Shown here: in pieces, positions 26,771 to 37,199 of the stretch | Position numbering within the stretch: the stretch's first letter is position 1 | Layout: each line of letters starts with the position of its first letter | Source: Rhina ancylostomus | Taxonomy: Eukaryota | Assembly (NCBI GenBank): GCA_030265395.1 | Contig: JARFYF010000002.1 | Location: 46,634,688 to 46,698,355, forward strand | Direction of reading: 5' to 3' | Length of the DNA stretch: 63,668 nucleotides | Translations under genes and position numbers: made by a program | Notes under the pieces: generated by a model | Seen by the model: the letters and a program-made list of their open reading frames with translations, nothing else | Database searches by the model: none | Told to the model about the DNA's origin: nothing

Positions 26771-29700
26771 TCCTGCTACTCACAGCTGCACACGATCCAC
26801 ACAAGTTCACCTCAGCTCATGACAATCCATGTTCAGTATCACGTCAAGTTCTACGCAACTTCCCGCACAGCCCACGTAGGCTAACTCAGATCTGTATTGA
26901 ACTTCCAGCTACATCACAAGTCCAAAACAGCAGAAGAATCTGAGGTAATCAGGGAGAATTACAACAAGGCATGAGGAGATTTGTGGGGAATTTTTCAGAA
27001 CCTTGTATAAAGTAGGGACTAAGATTGCCACCCTGTACGCAATCCCTTCCTTAAGGAGGAGTGATCATGATATAGCTCACCATCTGCTTGAAGCTTTGTA
27101 AAGTGCTCATCAATGCAGGGGGAGGAGATAACAAAAAAATGTTCCAGCCAAAAATGCTGGAGTTTACCTTGTCACTCCAAGGTAGAAATTTTAAAAGCCT
27201 GAGTGATTACGCACTTGCTAACCACATCTATCAAAAATGGTTCACAGAGAAATCTGAAAATGGGCACAATGTTTGTTGTAAATAAAAATTTAAAAAGCTG
27301 CAGATCCTGGAAATCTAAAATAAAAAAAGTATTCAGCCAGTCAGGCTGCATCAATGAAAAGAGAAACAGAAGTAATGCTTCAGATCTGAGACTCTTCATC
27401 TGAACCTGGAAAGAAGGAAAACGCTGTTCCTTGTTGTGTCTAATGGCCCTGCTTGTCAAAATATTAAATATCTTTCCTCTGGTTTAATGAAATTATCAAA
27501 CATATAATTCTCAACTGTTGGTTCAGAGTGCATGTGGACTAGAGAATAAATGCTTGGGGAAGATGGGGTGAGTCCTAGCTTTAACCTTGTTCAGACCCCA
27601 ATGGTTTGCTGCCAACCTTGTTCCAAATGTTCCCCTGTGCAGGTAACAGCTTTTGAGCTGGACAAGAGTCAGGGTGATAACTCCAACTGCATGAGATAGT
27701 GCCTTCAACTCAACATTAGCATTAGTCTCTCATACACCTCATGTATATTGCATGCTGGAGGAATCTATACATCATAATGAATGAACAGGGACTGAAGTAC
27801 GATGCACTCCTAGTTTATCTTGGCTTTACCCTTCTATTGGTGGGCATGCTGATGTCAGTTCACAGGTGAACGATGACAGCAGGATCAGCAAATGGAAAAG
27901 ATTTCAGAGCCCCCCTCTAGTTCATCTCAATACTGATTTTTTTGTTGTAAATTGAATTGGTGTAGTGAACACTTGTTTTCACTCATGCACTAACTTTGTC
28001 AGTATTTTTCAATGTCTGTCAAAACAGCAGGAAGATAGTCAAGTTTTACTGTGTCCTTTGCATTCACCATTGCCCGATGGTGCAGCTATTAGTTATGTCC
28101 GTTAAGCAGCTTTCAAAGTGCTAAGTAAACATATTTTGTTACTGATGTCATTATTACTGAAGCAGACCAAAGTACTGACTGAAAGCAGTATTTGCTAGAA
28201 ATGAACCTGGATCATTTCTGTCATCAAATCCAGACAGTTCATCACCTAATCTTAGATTTTATTTTGGGATCCTTGATTATGCCTAAAGAGACAGCAACAA
28301 TTACAGAAACCTTGGAGTGATTAACAAGGATGTAACTGAGAGGTTTGAAATATAGAATACTTCACAAGTGTGATTTAAAAATGTTTACTGAACCAAGTGG
28401 CTGCATTATCTCATTCCAACATACACACTGTGGTAGTTTTATTTTAAAGAAAATAAACGAACAATGTATTCTCACCTAGAGTTGGACAGATTGTGAGAGT
28501 CTTGGGTTTCACAGACTGCCAGTAATGGTTAAGTTGTGGTATCAGGTACAGAGGCAGATGTGGCATCTGTATTTTATTTCCTTTAACTAATATCCCTGAC
28601 AGATTTTGTAATAGTTCCAAAATAACTGAGAAGTCATATGGATTCAAGCAAGAGTCAATGACATTGTAATCCATGTTTGTTGTCAACCACTGAGTATCTT
28701 TTGTTTCTCAATATTACATTTTTATATCCATACATTTTAAAATGATTTATAGTGGCATATTTTGCTCAGCTGAAATCTTACAATGCCCTGGTGGAATTCT
28801 GTGAAGGTTCTGATAATTGTCATATTACTTTCAGGAAATGCAGTGCTACACTACTTTTCAATGACTGAGCAAATTAATCAAGTGATTATCAAATATAATT
28901 CATTTATTTCTACAAATTCTTCTCTTAAGGTGGTCCCTTTCTTCTACAGAAGCAGTAAGGAGATTTTATGTTGATCAGGACAACATAAAGTCAGTGGTAT
29001 TGCAACTGCACATGCTTTATTGGGTATAATGTATATATCCAGTATTAAAAACATTCAGCATATGAAATAGAATGACATTGTGTGACCTGTACATTGCATG
29101 TGCATTCCAGATGCATTAATTTTAAGACAGCCAAAAAATAAATCACCACAAAATATCAATTCTTTGAATCACTCACCACAATGATAATCAAAATCAGATT
29201 CCACTCTATTCAGCATCCTGATTAAAATTAATGCTCTTAACGTATCCTAATACATCAAGATGCTTTGATTTTTAACGTGTGCCAATGTTTTATGGCATCA
29301 TTTATCAGCATGCTGTTCAAAATTCTGATGTCAAATTCATGTCAGGGAAAAGAGAGTATATACTGCAACTTTGGCTGAAAATACATTATCCATTGGTTGA
29401 ATGCAGAGAAGGTGTAATATTATTTAGCAAAGCACTCTGACTGATCTTCTGGGTGTATGTTCAGGACACTTGATTAAAAAACATAAATGCATTGGCAAAT
29501 TTATACACTATACCATCTGTACTAAACAGAAACCTTCCTTGCTGCCTCACAGATTTCACAGTTGCAGATGTGCTATGTAAACATATTTTGTTACTGATGT
29601 CATTATTACTGAAGCAGACCAAAGTATTGTCTGTAAGTTTGTTAGAAATGAACTTGGATCATTTCTGTCAAATCCAGACAGTTCATCACCTACTCTCAGA

Positions 29701-30289
29701 TTTTATTTTGTGATCTTTGATTATACCTAAAGACACAGCAACAATTACTGAAACCTTGGAATGATTAACAAGGATGTAATTGAGAGGTTTGAAATACAGA
29801 ATACTTCACAAGTGTGACTTAAAATGTTTACTGAACCTAGTGGCTGCATTACCTCATTCCAACATACGTACTGTGGTAGTTTTATTTTAAAGAAAATAAA
29901 TGAACACTGTACTCTTACCTAGAGTTGGACAGATTGTCACAGATACCAACAGGAGCAAAGTTATTGAATGTTAAAGTCTTATGTGATTCTGAAAGACTTT
30001 CCAAAATGTTTTTTATGCTTTGCAGTAGATTTCATATTGATTCACTGCAAATAAGTGGATTGGACGTATTAAAAGATGAGAAGCAAGTTATGCTGGGAAA
30101 CATTACTGTAAATATTCTTCTTCCAATGAATTACAATACATTCAGGAGAACTGTAATTCAGATCTGCCTGAACGTCTCAGCTGTACATGGGAGTAGTGGA
30201 ATAAGTGCACAAATTGTATCAGTGTTAATGTATGAATNNNNNNNNNNNNNNNNNNNNNNNNNNNNNNNNNNNNNNNNNNNNNNNNNNCA

Positions 30290-30650
30290 GATTTTTGCAA
30301 CAATTGTCAGCATAACCCTCTTCTGATCTCCTTATGGAAGCCAGCTAACTGTCCATTCTGCTCATGCTCCCATCTTATTAACTCATAATATTTCCTGCAT
30401 TACGCAGTGATTACTATTCAAAAATAATGAACTGGTTGTAAAATGATTTGGTGTATCCTGAGATCATGACAGGCACTATATACGTAGATATCAATCTTTC
30501 CCTTTGTGTAGTACCTATTGAAAGCCTTTTGGAAATCTAGAAAAATTAGTTCCACGCTTTTACCCTTGTCCGTTCTCTCTGTAAACCAGTAGTGCACAAT
30601 GTACTTGCAGAAAAGGTCAGATTTACAAGCCAGATCATTCACAAGAATTG
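30290..30650 (-). mobile_element. CR1 RT remnant
   Basis: ORF 30418-30642 contains DKGKSVELIFLDFQKAFN. Confidence 0.7.
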
Positions 30651-30879
30651 AGTTTTATTTTCACTATATGTATTCCAATACTGATGCTTTAGCCTCGTTT
30701 AAAGACACAGTCACTGTAGATCTCACTGCTTCCTTGCCATCTTCTTGATGTTCCACTCACTATCACCCCATTGCCTCCTCACTGACACTTTGCTGTCTCC
30801 TTGCTCTTTTCCTGCTGCTCCAGTTACTGCCCTCTTCTTTCTCCACTTGTCACATCTCCAATGCCTTTTTCCACTTTGT

Positions 30880-31250
30880 CAGACCTGCACCACCGTACTA
30901 TATCCCAGTGTTACACTGTGACAGACTCTAGTCCAGTCTTACACTGTAATAAACTTGTACCTATTGGTACTTTTCCTCTTTGTTACACAGACAGACCTGC
31001 ACCCATATCCCAGTTTTATACAATGACAGTCTGCAGCCAACAGTTATGCAGTGATAGCCTTCTGCTCCTAGTACTGGACCCCAGTGTTATATAGTAGCAG
31101 ACCCATATCCACTGGTACTGTATGTCACTTTATTACAGTGATAGATCTGTGCCCACCAGTATTGTATTCTAGAGTTACACAGTGAAAAGTATTTGCCCAC
31201 CAGTACTGTACCAGTTTTTCTGTGACAGACCTGTACCCACCAATATAGAA
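30880..31250. repeat. Degenerate minisatellite, unit ~43-45 bp
   Basis: Recurring variants of acagacctgtacccaccagtactgtaccccagtgttacacagtg. Confidence 0.8.
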
Positions 31251-32549
31251 CACCTTGCTCTAAATATGGAGCTGGATCTGGAAGAGCCCAGAAAATTGGA
31301 CTGAACCCAATATTGTTCCTGACTACCTGGTCCCTGGTATTTCATCTCTAGTCCTAGGCACAATCAGGACCTCACATCAGGAACCACTGCCAGGGGTGAG
31401 CTGACCCCAGCTTTGGGTGGATCCCAGAGACCAGGCAGACACCAGAGGTTGAGTCCTTTCTTAGGTCTTCAGTTTTAGCCTCTGCAATACCCGTTTCCCC
31501 ACACACATATCCTAATGATGTCACATGCTGCTTCTTTAAGGAGTTGGCACTGGCCTGGAGACTGCCAGGGACTGTTGACAAGCCTACTGGTGGGGAAAGT
31601 ATGTGGCCACATGGGATAGAAGCTAAGGCTGTGAAGATGGCAAATGTGAGCTGGGACAAACATTGTGCTCCATGGCCATAACCTCTTCAAAGAGGGCATT
31701 GCCTTTTGAAACACACAGACCATTCATTATTATGTTTTTCTGTTTTCTCCAGGATGAATTCCTGTGTCAGTAGGCTATTACACAACATTACATTAAGTCA
31801 AAAAGCCTTTGTTGTTTCAACTTGCATCATTCACAACTGAAAGGATATTCTGCCATTTGCACTGGATTGCCCCCAGCTGTCATGACTTTAGTTATAAATA
31901 CATGTTTTGGTCAACATTACAAGATGGAAAGCTGTGGTTTGTTAGGGTTCCTTCAACCTGTTGAATGGACATATCACTTTGTTATGATAAATTAATATAT
32001 TTTGTTGAATAATTAGGTTTTTGGAACTTAAACTGCATAACACTTCTCAGGTTTATGGTATAATTTGTTAGACAGATGCCAATATAATATTTAATTTTTC
32101 CAGGAGATACTTCATATAGTTCTCTTCATTCGATTGTTATTGAAGACACTCCACTATTGAGCCAGCAGTGGGAATGAGATAGAACTGGACTGATATCTTT
32201 CTAAATCAGCAAATTTGATCATTTCAAGATGGAAGTTTCTCCCAGTAGTTTTTATCCATCTGGGATATACTAAATACTTCAACAGTAAGTATTGCCTTTA
32301 ACTGACTTTTAAAGAAATTAAATTGTGGTTCATCCATCACATTTAACTTTCCACTATTTATTTATCACGGGTCCAAAGTCAATTAAATAAAATTTCTATT
32401 GGCTATGTTTGATCACTGTTTGGAAGGAAAACTAATGTCGTAACTAAGAACAATTGTAGTTGAATTTTTTTAATGTACGTGGTGATAATGATGTAATGAA
32501 ATGCCTATAGTGTATAATACATTATGCATGTTGTCAATTCTTGAGGAGA

Positions 32550-32820
32550 AAATTTGAAGATTCCATGGCACTACTGAAAAGTTTTTGGGTAAATTGTCGC
32601 TGTTCCCTGGCCAAAATTCCTTCCTCAAATTATACAATTGCAGTAGACTGACTGGCCATTCATTTTGTTGGTTGTTATGGGATTTTTTGCATAGAATAGC
32701 TTTCTTCCTTGCTTGTACACCAACAGTCACTGCCTTTAAAGAAGCTCATAGTATTTGCATCACTTTAAGATGTTTCTGACATACATATTCTATACATAGA
32801 TAAATGAATGGTAGAGTCTT
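32550..32820 (+). mobile_element. Deu-domain SINE (SacSINE/AmnSINE-like)
   Basis: ttccatggcacta..ccctggccaaaattccttcctcaa..actggccattc..caacagtcactgc resembles the Deu core and tail. Confidence 0.7.
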
Positions 32821-34139
32821 TGATGGAGAAATACTGCTGTGCTGAGTAACTATTCTTCATCCAGTGGATTACAATACACTCAAGAGAATTGTAACTCAGT
32901 TCTGCCTAAATGTCTCAGCTGTAGGTGGGAGTGCTGGAATAACTGCACAAATTGTATTCAGTGTTATTGAATGAATGGTTATTTAATAGATGATTAGTTG
33001 TAAATCTTATGATTTTATAATAGAAAGATTAACAACAGCCTGAAGTCTGTGCTGATAGATTACAATGTGGAAAAAAACTTTTTCAATGCAAAATGAAAAC
33101 ACTGGAAAGGCTAAGACAGACAATATCAAATGGGTTCCAGTCCATAGAACAACCTTAGCCACATTTCTCCTACCATGTATAAGTGTTTCACTAAAAACTG
33201 TCAGTTCTCCATAATAGCATGGGACTCCTTTGATGTGAAAACAGTTCCATAAAAACTGGAGACAGCATCAACACATAACTCAAATGATTGTTAAATAAAT
33301 AGAATAATGCAAAATTTAAAACATTTAAATTTGTAACAGAAAACAAATACTCAGGAAAAAAAACATATTTTCTGCTGATGTTTGTGATGAGATTTTAGCA
33401 GCATTTATGTAAGGAATGGCTTGGAGCACAGATGCTGTTACTGAATCACATCTTGATGTAACTGAAGACTTTTTATAGATCTGAAATAAGCTTGTGTCAT
33501 TCTACAAAGACTTGCAAGAAATAGCATGGTTTCTTAACCTCTGTTGTGTCTGTGAACTGTCTGCATTCTACTTTTCAATGTGATTCAATGGAGACGTGGG
33601 ATGTTAACAACAATAAAGAGAAACCTTGTGATTTTATAACTCACATGTTCACATGAGGCACATAGAATATTTCAAAGGCAGTTAATTCATTCCTACTTTT
33701 CAAAACAACTGGAGCACATAAGGACATTTTTTGAACAGATTGGTATTGCAAAATTTTCTCCTTTATTGCCTGGAGGAATTGCCCTGTTGTAGAGACCATG
33801 CAGTTTTCATCTTGATTATCGAATTTACACAGGTTCTACAAACAGTCTGGTGATTCACTCCGCTAGGTCACTGCACAGCTGAAGGAGACAATTTCCATTC
33901 CATAGTCCTTTTCAATGTCCATTTTTCATCATGTATCAGCCTCTTTATTACCATAAATGACACAATTTTTTTCCTAATGTAGAACTACTAAATACCAAAG
34001 TTCTAACTTTGACAGAAGTACGTTTGAGATACGTGGATTAGGAGGGAGGAGTTTTGGTTGGGAAACCCGAAAGTCCAGATATCCCCTCACATTGTAGATG
34101 TTTTATGCAACAGAGTCAGACTCTTTTAAGTAGGATTGC

Positions 34140-34445
34140 TGTTCAGAATTCAGAATGAGGCTAGGCTTCCTTAAAATTCTACCGTGGGAACTGGAGAACA
34201 TGAATTCAGCTGATTAAAGCTGGGTCCATAATGGTAATCACAAAACTACTAGGTTATTGTGAAAACATATCTGGTTCCCTACCGTCATTCAGAGAATGAA
34301 AATTTACTACCCTTCTCTGGTCTGGCCTGTCTGACTCACCACTTACCAATGTGGTTCACTTTTAATTGGTTTCTTAGTTCAGGGGCAATGGGATGGTTGG
34401 TGAATACCAATTTTGCTACTGTTGTCCATGTATAGTGCATGAATA
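34140..34445 (+). mobile_element. Old SINE with a LINE-derived tail
   Basis: Degenerate tail ggggcaatgggatgg..gaata related to the LINE 3' end at 58180-58360. Confidence 0.5.
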
Positions 34446-34789
34446 GATATCCTAACTGGTGCAGAGCTCCCATGATCAAATGTAGCACCAGGTAAGAAGT
34501 GCTCAGTCCATGACTAAGGAAGGATCCAATCCCCATCCCCTGGATGATGTACTCAGGCTGGGGCTCTTTGGATGGAAGGTGGATTCTGATCCCAGGAAAG
34601 AAGGTAGTTTAGGGGTCTACCTTGGAAAGATACACTCCTGTCTTGCTCAAAATTTGTGCTGTAGGCACTTATCTTTCCCCTGAAGCTTTTTTTTTGCCTT
34701 CCCTGTGATGTAGGGTTCACAAAGAATCTGGGAAATTCAGTCAACCAAAGTTAAATATGCAAGGTAGGTTCAATGTGAGGTTTCCAGTT

Positions 34790-35290
34790 CATTATAATAT
34801 TTAAATTGTCAACATGGTTTGGGATCAGGCTTGAGATTTTCAAAAAACTGACCCTTAAGGATTAATGGAAACATAGTAAAAAATGATTGGTTCCAGGATA
34901 AAAAGCAGAGAGTCAAGGGAAACAGTTTGTTTTCAGACTCTAGAATGGTAGGCATTGATATTTTTCAGGAGTTAGTGCTGAGATAATTTTTTGGTGTGTA
35001 TTAAAGACCTGCATGTGGGTGTGCAGAATAAATTTTCAAAATTTGCAGACAACAGCAAACTTGGAAGTGTGGTAAACAAAACCTGATGATTGTGATAGAC
35101 TGTAGTAGGTTGGCAGATGGGTGAACAAGTTGCTGATGAAATTTAATACAGAGAGCTGCAAAATGATGGGTTTTGCCAGAAAATAAATGAGGAGAGACAA
35201 TATGGACTACCTAGTACAATTCTGTAGGGCATGCAGATAAAGGGAGACCTGGGAGTAAGTGTGGCAATCTTTGAAAGTAGTAGGATATTT
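34790..35290 (+). mobile_element. CR1 RT remnant
   Basis: SKFADNSKLG-like (tcaaaatttgcagacaacagcaaacttgga) and MKFNTE motifs. Confidence 0.75.
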
Positions 35291-35448
35291 TTAAAAATCC
35301 CTGAGAGATAAAATCAGTTCACTTTCCTACTTCTGATCAGGCCAAAGACTTAAGTTCTGCTAGTAATTGATGAGTAGTGCCAGGGAAGCCCTGCAATACA
35401 ACTTGTGACAGGGAAAGCAATTATTGTGTGGCACCTTTCAGCCTTTAA

Positions 35449-35702
35449 TGTCACAATGTTGATCCAGAGCAAACTCAGAGAACCCAAATGCAGCACTCTG
35501 ATACAAGACTGGAGTCAGGATACTTCCTCAGGACAAACACAGGCAGTAACTGNNNNNNNNNNNNNNNNNNNNNNNNNNNNNNNNNNNNNNNNNNNNNNNN
35601 NNNNNNNNNNNNNNNNNNNNNNNNNNNNNNNNNNNNNNNNNNNNNNNNNNNNACAAGGCATTAATGGAGCCAAATTGAGGGCCAGAACTCAGAACCATGA
35701 CA
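35449..35702. mobile_element. Probable solo LTR (gap inside) with 5-bp target-site duplication
   Basis: Termini TGTCA...TGACA, flanked by TTTAA at 35444-35448 and 35703-35707. Confidence 0.8.
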
Positions 35703-36099
35703 TTTAAATCTGATCTGAGCTTTAAACAACATCAGTGTGAAAGAAGGTGAAGGTATTCTTGTAACAGGAACAAGTAGGGAGAGGTTAGCAAACCTCACAG
35801 AGAGTAAAATAACTATATTTCTGACACTGGAAAAGAATATAGGTATTAGTGAAAGTTTCAAGGCAAAACTCTTACCAGTGCAGTGCCAGCAGAAACCGAG
35901 AGTCAAAAAGGAAACACACCCTTTAGCCACTAAGTCTGCACCAACCATCAACCACCCATTTGCACTAAACCTACATTAATCCCATTTTTTAAATTCTCAA
36001 TTTCTCCCAGATTCTACCCCTCACCTACACACTAGAGGCAATTTACAATGGCAAATTAACCTACCAACCTGGACATTTTTAGACTAATGGAGGAAACCA

Positions 36100-36939
36100 C
36101 AAAAGGCTAAAGAAATTTGACACGACTCAGTTGACCCTCACCAATTTTTATCAGTGCACAATAGAAAGCATCCTATCTGGATGCATCATGGCTTGGTATG
36201 ACAACTGCTCTGCCCCTGACCGCAAGAAACTGCAGACAGTTGTGCACACAGCTCAGCACATCACAGCGCCTCTCCTCCGTGGTCTCTGTTTACACTTTGT
36301 GTTGCCTTGGTAAAGCAGCCAACATAATCAAAGACCCCATCCACCCTGGATATTCTCTCTTCTCCCCTCTCCCCTCTCCCATTGGACAGAAGATACAAAA
36401 GCCTGAAAACATGTACCAACAGGCTCAAGGGCAGCTTCTAACCCACTGTTATAAGATTATTGAATGGTTCCCTAGTACAATAAGATAGATTCTTGATCTC
36501 ACAATCTACCTTGTTATGACTTGCACGGTAGCGTAGCGGTTAGCGTAATGTTATTACAGCGCCAGCGATGGGGTTCGATTCCCATCGCTATCTGTAAGAA
36601 GTTTGTATGTTCTCCCGTGTCTGTGTGGGTTTCCTCCTGGTGCTCAGGTTTCCTCTCACATTCCAAAGACGTACGGGTAGGTTAACATGGGTTTTAAAAA
36701 AATGGGTAGTGCAGAATCATTGGGCAGGAAGGGCCTTTTACCACACTGTAAATAAAATTTAAATTTAAAAAAATTATCGTCTACTTGCACTGCACTCTCT
36801 CTGTAGCTGTTACACTTTATTCTGCACTCTGTTATTGTTTTACCTTGTACCACCTTGATGCATTGTGTAATGAATTGATCTGTATGAACAGTATGCAAGA
36901 CAAGTTTTTCACTGTACCTCGGTACATGTGACAATAATA
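36100..36939 (+). mobile_element. Rex1/Babar-like LINE 3' end
   Basis: LTNFYQCTIESILSGCIMAWYDNCSAPDRKKLQTVV and KAANIIKDPIHPGYSLFSPLPS, followed by a 3' UTR up to the gap. Confidence 0.9.
36523..36773 (+). mobile_element. tRNA-derived V-SINE inside the Rex1 3' UTR
   Basis: A box TAGCGTAGCGG, B box GGTTCGATTCC, V-domain core and an A-rich tail. Confidence 0.9.
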
Positions 36940-37199
36940 NNNNNNNNNNNNNNNNNNNNNNNNNNNNNNNNNNNNNNNNNNNNNNNNNNNNNNNNNNNNN
37001 NNNNNNNNNNNNNNNNNNNNNNNNNNNNNNNNNNNNNNNTCCAAACCAGAGCACCTAAAGGAAACCCAGGCAGTCACAGGGAGACTGTGCAAATTCACAT
37101 GGACAACCCCTGAAGTCAGGATTGAACCTGTGTCTCTGGCACTGCGAGACCCCGACTCTACTCGCTCCGCCACTGTGCTGCCCTAACACCTGGAGGAGC

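Larger units (their letters stand above)
27800..34000 (+). pseudogene. Decayed cadherin repeats, segment 6
   Basis: 28497-28619 ESWVSQTASNG*VVVSGTEADVASVFYFL*LISLTDFVIVP. ORF 28783 LLSGNAVLHYFSM. 29356-29397 VYTATLAENTLSIG. ORF 29925-30237 reads as a near-complete EC repeat (IPTGAKLLNV..RFHIDS..GNITV..PMNYN..LNVSAVHG..AQIVSV). 33588-33626 METWDVNNNKEKP. Confidence 0.85.
35898..37183 (-). mobile_element. V-SINE/HE1-like SINE split by a Rex1 insertion (3' part 35898-36099, 5' part 37040-37183)
   Basis: The two halves join at gaggaaacca|gagcacc. Minus-strand A/B boxes lie at ~37115-37175. Confidence 0.85.

Noticed and set aside
29919-29970. Minus-strand signal-peptide-like leader exon (ITLLLLVSVTICPTLG|GTAAG)
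   Set aside because: No start codon, an upstream in-frame stop, no downstream V or other exon, and the + strand reads as cadherin.
33384-33465. Box C/D snoRNA-like GTGATGA...CTGA
   Set aside because: Weak terminal stem and no perfect rRNA-complementary guide that I could identify; lies within EC-like sequence.
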